This document shows, one piece after another, positions 53,166-62,557 of a DNA stretch of 64,000 nucleotides. The DNA lies in assembly GCA_050012035.1 (NCBI GenBank), contig JBEKHY010000005.1:2871-66870 (forward strand), given 5' to 3'. The stretch comes from Verrucomicrobiota bacterium. Lineage in GTDB: Bacteria > Verrucomicrobiota > Verrucomicrobiia > Limisphaerales > UBA11358. Positions within the stretch are counted from its first letter, which is position 1, and the number at the start of each line of letters is the position of its first letter. Below the pieces are notes generated by a model. That model searched no databases. It was not told where the DNA came from and saw nothing but the letters and a program-made list of their open reading frames with translations. The position numbers and the translations under genes were made by a program.

Positions 53166-54110
53166 ATGGCTATCTACGCAAATCCTCGAACGGCTTACGG
53201 TGAGGCCCTGGTGGAACTGGGCAAGGCGGATGAGCGGGTCGTGGTCCTGGACGCCGACCTGTGCAAATCGACCATGTCCGTCCTGTTCCAGGATGCGTTC
53301 CCGGACCGCTATTTTGAGATGGGGATTGCCGAGGCGAACATGATGTCCACAGCGGCGGGATTGGCGGTCAGCGGCAAGATCGCCTTCGCCAGCAGTTTCG
53401 CGGTGTTTGCCACCGGCCGGGCCTACGACCAGATCCGCCAGACGATCTCCATCGGCAAGTTGAACGTGAAGATTTGCGGCTCATCGTGCGGGCTGTCGGA
53501 TTTTGGAGACGGCTCGACGCACCAGGCCGTCGAAGACGTGGCGATCATGTGCGCCATACCGAACATGACGGTGCTGACGCCGGTGGACGCGACGGAAGTG
53601 CGCCTGGCGGTGCGGGCTGCGGCGGCGATTCAGGGACCGGTCTACATGCGAGTCAACCGCAACCCCGTCCTGGACCTGCTGGAAAAGGATGCAACCTTCG
53701 AACTGGGGAAATATCGCATCCTGTGGCAGGGCGGCGATGTGCTGCTTCTGGCCCACGGCGTCATGGTGGAGAAAGCCCTGGCGGCAGCGGCGATTTTGGA
53801 GAAGGAGGGCATCAGCGCCAAGGTGGCGAGCGTCGCGACCATGAAGCCGTTCAATTATCAGGGAACTGCGGAACTGGCCCAAGGCATGAAGGGCGTGGTT
53901 ACAGTCGAGGAACACAGTTACATCGGCGGGTTGGCGGCGGCTGTGGCCTTCGCCTTGCGCTGCAGTTCTGTGCCGATGGACTTTGTCGCCATGAACGACA
54001 CATTCGGCCAGTCCGCGCACAAGCCTGAGGACCTGCAGATGGCCTTCGGCCTGACGGTGGAAAACGTCGCCGAGAAAGCCAGGAACCTGGTGAACAAAGC
54101 GTGTCGGTAA
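53166..54110 (+). CDS. Transketolase, C-terminal subunit (split type)
   Basis: FEMGIAEANMMSTAAGLA pyrimidine-binding domain pattern. It lies 1 nt after the N-terminal subunit gene. Confidence 0.85.
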   Translation: MAIYANPRTAYGEALVELGKADERVVVLDADLCKSTMSVLFQDAFPDRYFEMGIAEANMMSTAAGLAVSGKIAFASSFAVFATGRAYDQIRQTISIGKLNVKICGSSCGLSDFGDGSTHQAVEDVAIMCAIPNMTVLTPVDATEVRLAVRAAAAIQGPVYMRVNRNPVLDLLEKDATFELGKYRILWQGGDVLLLAHGVMVEKALAAAAILEKEGISAKVASVATMKPFNYQGTAELAQGMKGVVTVEEHSYIGGLAAAVAFALRCSSVPMDFVAMNDTFGQSAHKPEDLQMAFGLTVENVAEKARNLVNKACR

Positions 54111-54126
54111 GAAAGGAATCAAGAAT

Positions 54127-55011
54127 ATGAAAATCGGATTCATTGGCTTGGGCATCATGGGCAAGCCCATGGCCAAAAACTTGCTCAAGGCCGGTCACGA
54201 GGTGGTCTGTTTCGACATTGTGGCCGAGCACGTGGCCAACGTGGTTGCGACCGGGGCCAAGGCAGCCGCCTCGTCCAAAGCCGTGGCCGAACAGTGCCCC
54301 ATCGTGATCACCATGCTGCCCAATTCGCCGCATGTGAAGGAAGCGGTGATGGGGTCGGGCGGCGTGCTCGAAGGCACCAAGGCCGGGACCATCCTCATAG
54401 ATATGAGCTCAATTGCCCCGCTCGCCTCGCAGGAAATTGAGAAGGCCTGCAGCGCCAAGGGGGTGAAGATGATCGATGCTCCCGTCAGCGGCGGCGAACC
54501 CAAGGCCATAGACGGCACCCTGTCCATCATGGTCGGCGGTGACGAGCAAGTCTTCAATTCCGTCAAGGACATCCTCCTGAAGATGGGGTCCAGCGCCGTT
54601 CATTGCGGTCCCATCGGCGCCGGCAACACCACCAAGTTGGCCAACCAAGTGGTTGTCGCGTGCAACATCGCCGCCTGCGCCGAGGCCTTCACACTGGCCA
54701 AGAAGGCCGGCGTGGATCCCGCCCGCGTCCTCGACGCCATCAAGGGCGGCCTGGCCGGATCCACCGTCATGAACGCCAAGGTTCCGATGATGCTCCAAGG
54801 CAACTTCAAGCCCGGGTTCAAGATTGACCTGCATATCAAAGATCTGGCGAACGCCCTGGACACGGGGCACGGTGTGGGCGCCCCGTTGCCCCTGACCTCC
54901 ATGCTGATGGAAATGATGCAGACCCTCAAGGCCGATGGCTGCGGTCAGAACGACCACAGCGCCTTGGCCAAGTATTACGCGAAAGTCTCCGGAACGAAAA
55001 TCGGATTGTAA
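54127..55011 (+). CDS. 2-hydroxy-3-oxopropionate (tartronate semialdehyde) reductase / 3-hydroxyisobutyrate dehydrogenase family
   Basis: MKIGFIGLGIMGKPMAKNL Rossmann start, full-length beta-hydroxyacid dehydrogenase pattern, conserved catalytic Lys region (GAGNTTKLANQ). Confidence 0.8.
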   Translation: MKIGFIGLGIMGKPMAKNLLKAGHEVVCFDIVAEHVANVVATGAKAAASSKAVAEQCPIVITMLPNSPHVKEAVMGSGGVLEGTKAGTILIDMSSIAPLASQEIEKACSAKGVKMIDAPVSGGEPKAIDGTLSIMVGGDEQVFNSVKDILLKMGSSAVHCGPIGAGNTTKLANQVVVACNIAACAEAFTLAKKAGVDPARVLDAIKGGLAGSTVMNAKVPMMLQGNFKPGFKIDLHIKDLANALDTGHGVGAPLPLTSMLMEMMQTLKADGCGQNDHSALAKYYAKVSGTKIGL

Positions 55012-55224
55012 CGGGATTCACAACCGCTTCTTGACTCCCGCCATCGGCTACGTCGACCGGCTTCACCGCCGGCATGTCCGTGGCCGATGTGTTTCTGGAC
55101 TCCAAGCTTTCGTGGGATGCGTTTATGATCCGGAAAAAACCTTGTCGCTCCTCGAAGCCGGGGGAAAGGCGGCCAATCCCGTTGAGCCAAACTGGACCCG
55201 ATTTTACGGATCCAGCCCTGTGCA

Positions 55225-55485
55225 ATGCACCGGAATTCGCGCCAATGCCGGCGGTCAACTCCGGATTTGCCCGCTGCCGAAACCGAGCCATTTGTAGCTC
55301 GTCAATTCCTCCAGACCCATCGGGCCGCGCGAGCGACGCGAAAGGACTTGGCGCCGAACCCGGCGTTGCCGGAAGACACGCGGCTTTGGGCGGCATTGCA
55401 ACTGGCCGGCGGCGGAATCTGGGGCGGGTGCGTTTATGACCCGGACCAAATCATCGCCGCGCTCAAAGCCGGCCAGCAGGTATAG
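55225..55485 (+). pseudogene. Probable 3-prime remnant of a sugar-acid dehydratase-like gene
   Basis: It ends ...[40 protein letters not shown] second related tail (GCVYDPEKTLSLLEAG) lies 311 nt upstream in another frame. No intact N-terminal body is present. Confidence 0.3.
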
Positions 55486-55655
55486 AAGAAGCGCGATTTA
55501 ACCCGAAAACCAGAATTCTGCAGGCGAGACGCGCTGCGCTACGGCTTAGGCCGGTGTACGGGTTCAATTCTTCGCTCGGTACAGGCCGCCACGGGAATGA
55601 ACCGGTCAATTCTGACCAAGTGCACAACCGCAAATCGTCAATCGGCAATCGCAAA

Positions 55656-56855
55656 TCAAAGCAAGTGTCCCATCTTCTGCCGTTTCGTTTTTAAATACCG
55701 TTCATTGTGCGGGTTGGGTTTCACGCGAATGGGCACCTGTTCGACAATTTTCAGCCCGTAGCCTTCCAGCCCGACGATTTTTTTAGGATTGTTCGTCAGC
55801 AGCCGGATGGTTTTCAACCCCAAGTCCACGAGGATTTGCGCGCCCAGACCGTATTCGCGCAAATCCATTTCGTACCCGAGCTTTTCATTCGCCTCCACGG
55901 TGTCATAGCCCTGTTCCTGCAGCTTGTATGCCTTGATTTTCGGCGCCAGCCCGATGCCGCGCCCTTCCTGCCGCATATAGACAATCACGCCGCGCCCGGC
56001 GGCGGCGACCTGCCGCATGGCTTGATGCAGTTGCGACCCGCAATCGCAACGGCGCGAGCCGAACACGTCGCCGGTCAGACATTCGCTGTGGACGCGGACC
56101 AGGACTTTTTCTCGCCCGGCCACGTCACCGTGGACCAGCGCGAGGTGATGCTGATTGTCCAACTTCGAGCGATACAGATGCAGATCGAATTTGCCGTAGT
56201 CGGTCGGCAGCTTCACGGTTTCGACGCGCTCGACCAGTTTTTCCCGGGTGCGGCGGAACTGGATCAGGTCGGCGATGGAACAGATTTTCAGGCGATGCTT
56301 CCGGGCGAACTTCAGCAGTTGCGGCAGCCGCGCCATGGAGCCATCGTCATTTAAAATTTCGCAAAGCACGCCGATGTAACGCTGCCCGGCGAGTTGCGCG
56401 AGGTCCACCGCCGCTTCGGTGTGGCCGGCTCGCTGGAGCACGCCGCCGGGCCGCGCGCGCAGCGGAAACACATGGCCGGGTTGCACCAAATCCTCCGGCG
56501 TGGCGGTGGGGGACGCCATAATGCGAATGGTTTGGGCGCGGTCGGCGGCGCTGATGCCGGTGGTGATGCCGCGCGCGGCGTCCACGCTCACCTGAAAATC
56601 GGTGCGGAAGCTCTCGCGGTTCTGCTGCACCATGCGGTCAATGCCGAGTTGTTGCAGCCGGCCGGCGGTCGTGGGCACGCAAATCAGCCCGCGCCCGAAC
56701 CGGGCCATGAAGTTGACGGCGGCGGGCGTGACGTGCTGGCCGGCCATGATGAGGTCGCCCTCGTTTTCGCGGTCTTCATCGTCCACCACGATGACCATTC
56801 GGCCTTGGCGGATGTCCGCCATGACGGATTCGATGCTGTCGAAAGTTTTCTTCAT
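55656..56855 (-). CDS. ribBA: Bifunctional 3,4-dihydroxy-2-butanone-4-phosphate synthase / GTP cyclohydrolase II
   Basis: From the ATG at 56855: MKKTFDSIESVMADIRQGRMVIVVDDEDRENEGDL (RibB). The C-terminal RibA half carries the HSECLTGDVFGSRRCDCG zinc site. Confidence 0.9.
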   Translation of the reverse strand: MKKTFDSIESVMADIRQGRMVIVVDDEDRENEGDLIMAGQHVTPAAVNFMARFGRGLICVPTTAGRLQQLGIDRMVQQNRESFRTDFQVSVDAARGITTGISAADRAQTIRIMASPTATPEDLVQPGHVFPLRARPGGVLQRAGHTEAAVDLAQLAGQRYIGVLCEILNDDGSMARLPQLLKFARKHRLKICSIADLIQFRRTREKLVERVETVKLPTDYGKFDLHLYRSKLDNQHHLALVHGDVAGREKVLVRVHSECLTGDVFGSRRCDCGSQLHQAMRQVAAAGRGVIVYMRQEGRGIGLAPKIKAYKLQEQGYDTVEANEKLGYEMDLREYGLGAQILVDLGLKTIRLLTNNPKKIVGLEGYGLKIVEQVPIRVKPNPHNERYLKTKRQKMGHLL

Positions 56856-56998
56856 CGGCGAAAACAGCGTAGTCGGCCATCGCCCAAACGCCAGCCGATT
56901 CAAACCGCTTTTTTTATTGGTCACGGCGCAGCCTCGGTTTAATATCGGCAGGCGCCTGGATTCAAAACAGCCGTAGGCGGAGGAAAAGTGGGTTTGAT

Positions 56999-57760
56999 AT
57001 GCCAACGCACGACTTGACCAAAAAAAATGGCGGCCCGAAAAATTCCCATCAATGGGGCTCCATGCCGATTCCGGAACAGAGCATGCGGCGGCTCGACCGG
57101 CTGGCCAGTCTGGGGATGCTTTCGGCGGGCATGGCGCACGAAATCAAAAACTGCCTGGTCGCCATCAACACCTTCGTCGGCCAGTTGTTGGAAAAGGGCG
57201 AGGACCGGGAGTTTTCCGAAACCGTCCGGCGCGAGTTGCGGCGGATTGACACGCTGGTGAGCCAGATGCTGCGGTTCGCCGCGCCGGGTAAAAATGAATT
57301 CGCCACCGTGCACGTGCACGACCTGCTGGACCATTCATTGCGGCTCGTCGAGCACCAGTTCAACAGCAAATTGATTTCGCTCGACCGCCGTTACACCGCC
57401 GCGCCGGACACGGTCAGCGGCGACGAATACCAGTTGCAACAGGCTTTCATGAACTTGTTGCTGAACGCCATCGAAGCCACGGGGATAAACGGCGCGCTGA
57501 CCGTGAGCACGGAAATTGGCGAGGAGCAGCCGCGCGAACGGTGCGTGCGCATTCACATTCAAGACAATGGCGCGGGCATTCCGCCGGAAAACCTGACGCG
57601 ATTGTTCGAGCCGTTTTTCACCACCAAGAAAAACGGCACGGGTTTGGGGCTGGCCATTTGCCAGCGCATTGTCCTCGAACACGGCGGCAGGATCACGGCG
57701 CAGAGCGAGGTCAGGAAAGGCGCGACGTTCAGCATCTCACTGCCGGCGATTCCGGCGTAG
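56999..57760 (+). CDS. Cytoplasmic histidine kinase without sensor or TM domain
   Basis: H-box LSAGMAHEIKNCL, N-box LLLNAIEA, and G-boxes DNGAGIP and GTGLGLAICQ. Only ~30 aa precede the H-box, and no response regulator gene is adjacent. Confidence 0.8.
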   Translation: MPTHDLTKKNGGPKNSHQWGSMPIPEQSMRRLDRLASLGMLSAGMAHEIKNCLVAINTFVGQLLEKGEDREFSETVRRELRRIDTLVSQMLRFAAPGKNEFATVHVHDLLDHSLRLVEHQFNSKLISLDRRYTAAPDTVSGDEYQLQQAFMNLLLNAIEATGINGALTVSTEIGEEQPRERCVRIHIQDNGAGIPPENLTRLFEPFFTTKKNGTGLGLAICQRIVLEHGGRITAQSEVRKGATFSISLPAIPA

Positions 57761-57894
57761 TCCACCCCATCGCGGCTAGGTCAACCGGTGAAAGGGTGCT
57801 TTTCCCGCAGAAAAAAAGCCCGCCCGTCCGTTACCTGCAAAAGGGGTTGCTTTTCGGGTTGATTGAGGAAAATCTATGCCCACAAAATCAAACT

Positions 57895-58536
57895 ATGAAA
57901 ACCACCGCTTGGACTGTGATGATTTGTCTGGGAACCGCAGCCATATTATTCACCGGCTGCAAAACAAATTCGAGCAATAATAAAACGTTGAGCACCGGAA
58001 AGACGCCGGTCATACACGGCGAACCCGCCACCAAAAATCAAGCCGCAGCCGAAGCCTTTCTGGCCACCAATAAAAATAACCCGGGCGTCATTACGTTGCC
58101 GGACGGCCTGCAATACCGGGTCATCACCAATGGCACCGGTGCCACGCCCGCGCCCGACGACATCGTGACGATAAGATATCGCGGCTGGCTGTTGGATGGC
58201 ACGGTATTCGACAATACCTTCAAACTCGGCCATCCCGTGCAAGTTATGGTCAGCAACGCCATCCCCGGCTGGACGGAGGCGCTCCAGAAAATGAAAGTTG
58301 GCTCCCGATGGCAGTTGTTTGTGCCACCGCAACTGGCTTACGGTAAGCGCCGGCCCGCCCTTCCGTCCGATGCCGTTTTGATTTTTGAAATTGACCTGCT
58401 TTCAACAAAACGCCCGCCTCCGACCGCCAGCGACATCATTAAAGTCCCCTCCGTCGAGGAACTGAAGCAAGGCGCGCAGGTTGAGGTCATCAAAAAGGAA
58501 GACCTGGAGAAGATGCAGAAGCAGCAGTCGCCGTAG
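57895..58536 (+). CDS. FKBP-type lipoprotein, short degenerate paralog (lacks N-terminal dimerisation domain)
   Basis: Lipobox LFTGC and an FKBP_C-like region, but the canonical G..G.IPP and VI.GW contexts are altered (YGKRRPALPSDAVL, SNAIPGW). It is 57 aa shorter than the downstream paralog. Confidence 0.7.
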   Translation: MKTTAWTVMICLGTAAILFTGCKTNSSNNKTLSTGKTPVIHGEPATKNQAAAEAFLATNKNNPGVITLPDGLQYRVITNGTGATPAPDDIVTIRYRGWLLDGTVFDNTFKLGHPVQVMVSNAIPGWTEALQKMKVGSRWQLFVPPQLAYGKRRPALPSDAVLIFEIDLLSTKRPPPTASDIIKVPSVEELKQGAQVEVIKKEDLEKMQKQQSP

Positions 58537-58586
58537 CCGTTCCGTTTTGAACATTTGTGTCGCCGGGCCGTCATTTTTTCGGCACT

Positions 58587-58967
58587 ATGAAATTGATTTT
58601 CCAGTCGTTGGTCGGTTTTTTTCGGTCCTGGCAACCGCGCGAAGCGCGCGTGCGCTTTCACATTCAAGACAATAACGCAGGCATTCCGCCGGAAAACCTG
58701 CCGCGATTGTTTGAGCCGTTTTTCACCGCCAAGAACAACGGCACGGGTTTGGGGCTGGCCATTTGCCAGCGCATTGCCCTCGAACACGGCGGCAGGATCA
58801 CGGCGCAAAGCGAGGTCAGGAAAGGCGCGACCTTCAGCATCTCATTGCCGGCAATTCCGGCCCAGTCCACCCCATCGCGGCAAGGTCAACCGGTGAAAGG
58901 GTGCTTTTCCCAAAGAAAAAAACCCGCCCGTCCGTTACCCGCAAAAGGGGATTGCTATTTTGATTGA
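58587..58967 (+). pseudogene. Chimeric ORF at a duplication junction: HtrA leader (15 codons) fused to a histidine-kinase C-terminal ATPase fragment
   Basis: MKLIFQSLVGFFRSW matches the htrA start MKWIFRSLLGFFSVL. The rest (ARVRFHIQDNNAGIPPENLPRLFEPFFTAKNNGTGLGLAICQRIALEHGGRITAQSEVRKGATFSISLP) matches residues of the kinase at 57541-57757. No H-box is present. Confidence 0.75.
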
Positions 58968-58999
58968 TTGAGGAGAATCTATCCCCACAAAATCAAACT

Positions 59000-59812
59000 A
59001 TGAAAACCACCGTTTGGACTGTGATGATTTGTCTGGGAACCGCAGCTGTATTATTCACCGGCTGCAAAACAAATTCGAGCAATAATAAAACGTTGAGCGA
59101 CGAAAAGGCGCGGGTCAGCTACGCGTTCGGCATGTCAATGGCTCGCGGCTTGCAGCGCTCGGGCATCGAGGTTGAAGCCGACATGGTCGCGCGCGGCGCC
59201 AAGGATATGCTGACCGGCCCCACGCTGCTCACGCCGGAACAGGCGCAGGCGACGCTGAGTGAGTTTATTGCCAAGGAGAAAAAAATGCGCGCGGAGCTGG
59301 CCGCCAAAAACCAGGCGGAAGCCGTAGCCTTTTTGGCCACCAACAAAAATAACCCGGGCGTTGTCACGACGACGAATGGCTTACAATACCGGGTCATCAC
59401 CAACGGCACTGGTGACATGCCTACTCTCTATGACACTGTGACGGTGAACTATCGCGGCACGCTGTTGGATGGCAAGGAATTGGACAGTTCCTTCAAACGC
59501 GGCCAGCCCGCGGAATTTTCGGTTGGCGGCGTCATCCCTGGCTGGACCGAGGCGCTTTTGAAAATGAAAGTCGGCTCCAAGTGGCAGTTGTTTTTGCCAC
59601 CGCAACTGGCTTACGGTGTCCAGGGCCGGCCTGGCATCCCGCCCAATTCCCTTTTGATTTATGAAATTGAACTGCTTTCAGCCAAAACCCCGCCTCCGCT
59701 GACCAGTGACATCATCAAAGTGCCCGCCGTCGAGGATCTGAAGAAAGGCGCGCAGGTTGAGGTCATCAAAAAAGAAGACCTGGAGAAGATGCAGAAGCAG
59801 CAGTCGCCGTAG
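59000..59812 (+). CDS. FKBP-type peptidyl-prolyl isomerase lipoprotein (FkpA/Mip-like, full length)
   Basis: Lipobox LFTGC; N-terminal helical dimerisation domain (SYAFGMSMARGL...); FKBP_C motifs VNYRGTLLDG, GVIPGWTEAL, YGVQGRPGIPPNSLLIYEIELL. Confidence 0.85.
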   Translation: MKTTVWTVMICLGTAAVLFTGCKTNSSNNKTLSDEKARVSYAFGMSMARGLQRSGIEVEADMVARGAKDMLTGPTLLTPEQAQATLSEFIAKEKKMRAELAAKNQAEAVAFLATNKNNPGVVTTTNGLQYRVITNGTGDMPTLYDTVTVNYRGTLLDGKELDSSFKRGQPAEFSVGGVIPGWTEALLKMKVGSKWQLFLPPQLAYGVQGRPGIPPNSLLIYEIELLSAKTPPPLTSDIIKVPAVEDLKKGAQVEVIKKEDLEKMQKQQSP

Positions 59813-59862
59813 CCGTTCCGCTTTGAACATTTGCGCCGCCGGGGTGTCAATTTTTTGACACT

Positions 59863-61395
59863 ATGAAGTGGATTTTCAGGTCCCTGCTTGGTTTTTTTTC
59901 GGTCCTGGCGGCCGGGTTGCTGCTCGTGGCCGTTTTTCATCTGACGTCCTGGGGCCAGGACGCCGGTCCCGCCATCAAGGTTGACACCACGGCCATCGAA
60001 CGCCGCCCGCGGCTCGGCACCAGTTTCGCGCCGGTCGTCAAAAAAGCCGCGCCCAGCGTGGTAAATATTTATTCGACCCGCACGGTCCGCAGGCCGCTGT
60101 GGAACCCGTTTTTAAATGACCCGCTATTCCGGCAATTTTTCGGCGACCGCTTCGGCCCCAACGGCAACCGTGAAATCACGCGGCGGGAACAAAGCCTGGG
60201 CTCCGGCGTCATCATCTCGCCGGACGGCTACATTCTCACGGCCAACCATGTTGTGGACGGCGCGGATGAAATCAAAATTGCCATCGGCGACAGCGACAGC
60301 AAAAAGTTCACCGCCAAAGTCATCGGCACTGACCCGCCGACGGACGTGGCCGTGTTGAAGATTGACGCAAAAGATTTGCCCGCCATCACGCTCGGCAACA
60401 GTGACCAATTGGAAGTCGGTGATGTGGTGCTTGCCATTGGCAACCCGTTCCGCGTCGGCCAGACGGTGACGATGGGCATTGTCAGCGCGGTCGGACGCGG
60501 AAACTTTCCGTTTGGCCGGATCAGTCAATACGAGGATTTCATTCAAACTGATGCCGCCATCAACCCCGGCAATTCGGGCGGTGCGCTGGTGGATGCCGAA
60601 GGCCGGCTCGTCGGCATCAACACCGCCATTATTCCAAATGAGAACGGCGGCAATCAGGGCGTTGGCTTCGCCGTTCCCATCAACCTGGCGCGCCACGTCA
60701 TGGAACGCCTGATCAGCAGCGGCAAGGTCACGCGCGGCTACTTGGGCGTCGTCTTTCCCCAGGACATCACGCCGGACCTGGCTGCCGAATTCAATTTGCC
60801 CGATCAAAACGGCGCGCTCGTCGGCGACGTGGAAACCAACACGCCCGCGCAGAAGGCCGGAATCAAATCCGGCGACGTCATCACCGAAATTAACGGCAAA
60901 AAAGTCACCGATGCCAACAGCCTGCGCCTCATCGTCTCTGACCTGGCGCCGGGAACCAAAGTTACGGTAAAGTTGCTCCATGACGGCCACGAGAGAACCG
61001 TCACACTCGCTCTCGCCGAGCTGCCTGGCCAAACCGGGAAAGGTGGGAATGGCCAGAACAGTTCCGGTTCGGAAAATTCAAAGACGGACGCGCTCGACGG
61101 TGTTACCGTCGCCGACCTGGATCAGCAGGTGCGCGGCCAGTTGAACTTCCCGGACAATCTCCAGGGCGTGATCGTCACGGATGTGGATCAGGATTCCAAT
61201 GCCGCCGATGCCGGCCTGCAAAGAAATGACATCATTGTGGAAATCAACCATCATCCCGCCACCGATACCAACAAGGCCGTCGAGCTTTGCCAACAAGCCA
61301 GGGGAACCCGGATTCTTCTCAAAATCTGGCGGCGGATTGGCGACCTGGCTGGCACACAATACCTCAGCGTGGACAACACGGCGAAGGGGAAATAG
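59863..61395 (+). CDS. htrA: HtrA/DegP-family periplasmic serine protease with two PDZ domains
   Basis: Catalytic contexts ILTANHVV, DVAVLKI and GNSGGALV. Two PDZ-like regions follow the protease domain. Confidence 0.9.
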   Translation: MKWIFRSLLGFFSVLAAGLLLVAVFHLTSWGQDAGPAIKVDTTAIERRPRLGTSFAPVVKKAAPSVVNIYSTRTVRRPLWNPFLNDPLFRQFFGDRFGPNGNREITRREQSLGSGVIISPDGYILTANHVVDGADEIKIAIGDSDSKKFTAKVIGTDPPTDVAVLKIDAKDLPAITLGNSDQLEVGDVVLAIGNPFRVGQTVTMGIVSAVGRGNFPFGRISQYEDFIQTDAAINPGNSGGALVDAEGRLVGINTAIIPNENGGNQGVGFAVPINLARHVMERLISSGKVTRGYLGVVFPQDITPDLAAEFNLPDQNGALVGDVETNTPAQKAGIKSGDVITEINGKKVTDANSLRLIVSDLAPGTKVTVKLLHDGHERTVTLALAELPGQTGKGGNGQNSSGSENSKTDALDGVTVADLDQQVRGQLNFPDNLQGVIVTDVDQDSNAADAGLQRNDIIVEINHHPATDTNKAVELCQQARGTRILLKIWRRIGDLAGTQYLSVDNTAKGK

Positions 61396-61568
61396 TGCGG
61401 ATTTTGGCAGGCGCCAGGGCAACGCGGCTCACATTTCAAATCAAAAACCGGAAACAGGAAATTGCCGGGCCGTTCCACACCGGCTTCTGTGGTTCAGAAT
61501 GGAAATTTTGACAAAGTTCCCGCGCGGGCACATTCTTCCGTAATGCTGCCGTAACCAACAGCAGGGTT

Positions 61569-62549
61569 ATGCCCGTTCAATACAAAGACTATTACGAAAT
61601 CCTTGGCGTGCCGCGTGGCGCCAGTGACGCGGAAATCAAGAAATCGTTCCGCAAGCTCGCACGCGAATATCATCCCGATGTCGCCAAGGACAAGAAACGC
61701 GCCGAGGAAAAGTTCAAGGAGATCAATGAAGCCTACGAAGTTCTAGGCGACCCGGCCAAGCGGAAAAAATACGACCAGTTGGGCGCCGACTGGAAGTCCG
61801 GCGCGGAGTTTCGTCCGCCACCCGGTTGGGAGGGCTTTACCGGCGGCCAGACTTTTCGCGGCCGCGGCGCGGGCGACCAGGAATTTGAATTTCATTTCGG
61901 CGGCACCGGCTTCAGCGACTTCTTCGAGCAACTTTTCGGTTCGCGGATGCGCGGCGCAGGTTTTGGTTCGCGCGGCGCATTCGCCGAGGAGGAGGAACTG
62001 GCCGAACGCGGACGCGACATCGAAGGCGACATCATGGTCACACTCGAAGAAGCGATGCGTGGTTCCGTGCGCTCGGTCAGCGTGCGCCGCCCCGTCGGCC
62101 GCTCGGTGAGAACCGAAACGTACCAGGTCAGAATTCCTGCCGGCGTGACCGAAGGACAGAAATTGCGCGTGGCCGGTCGCGGTGAGGCCGGCAGCAGCGG
62201 GGGCGAGGCCGGCGATTTATATTTGCGGGTGCGGCTGGCAAAACATCCCGACTTCGAGGTCGAAGACCACAATTTGATTTACGAAGCCGAGCTGGCGCCG
62301 TGGGAAGCCGTGCTGGGCGCGGAAATTTCCGTGCCTACGCTCGACGGGCGGGTGAACATCAAAATTCCCTCTGGCACTCAAAGCGGACAAAAACTCCGCG
62401 TGCGCGGGCGCGGCCTGCCGAGGCACGGCGGCACGCGCGGCGACCTGATGGTGATCACGCAAATCGCCGTGCCGACCCGGGTTTCGGATGCGGAAAGAAA
62501 ATTGTGGGAACAGCTCGCACGCGAATCACGTTTTAATCCGCGAACTTGA
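61569..62549 (+). CDS. DnaJ-class co-chaperone without zinc-finger domain (CbpA-like)
   Basis: J-domain DYYEILGV...EYHPD; G/F-rich region; two C-terminal beta-domains. No CxxCxGxG repeats are present. Confidence 0.8.
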   Translation: MPVQYKDYYEILGVPRGASDAEIKKSFRKLAREYHPDVAKDKKRAEEKFKEINEAYEVLGDPAKRKKYDQLGADWKSGAEFRPPPGWEGFTGGQTFRGRGAGDQEFEFHFGGTGFSDFFEQLFGSRMRGAGFGSRGAFAEEEELAERGRDIEGDIMVTLEEAMRGSVRSVSVRRPVGRSVRTETYQVRIPAGVTEGQKLRVAGRGEAGSSGGEAGDLYLRVRLAKHPDFEVEDHNLIYEAELAPWEAVLGAEISVPTLDGRVNIKIPSGTQSGQKLRVRGRGLPRHGGTRGDLMVITQIAVPTRVSDAERKLWEQLARESRFNPRT

Positions 62550-62557
62550 ACTGGAGG

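Noticed and set aside
55074-55439. 121-aa ORF in the post-reductase gap
   Set aside because: It has shadow-like composition and cuts across the two conserved tail fragments, which lie in the other two frames.
56856-56998. Looked for an FMN riboswitch upstream of ribBA
   Set aside because: No GGGUGAAAUUCC / CCGGCGGUA / AGCCCGCG-type RFN core is visible on the minus strand. An Rfam RF00050 scan would settle it.
60124-61032. 302-aa minus-strand ORF
   Set aside because: It is antisense to htrA, whose catalytic triad and PDZ domains define the real frame.
61500-61568. TTGACA hexamer (61509-61514) as the promoter of the CbpA-like gene
   Set aside because: No acceptable -10 element lies at 16-19 nt spacing, and promoter consensus for this lineage is unknown to me.
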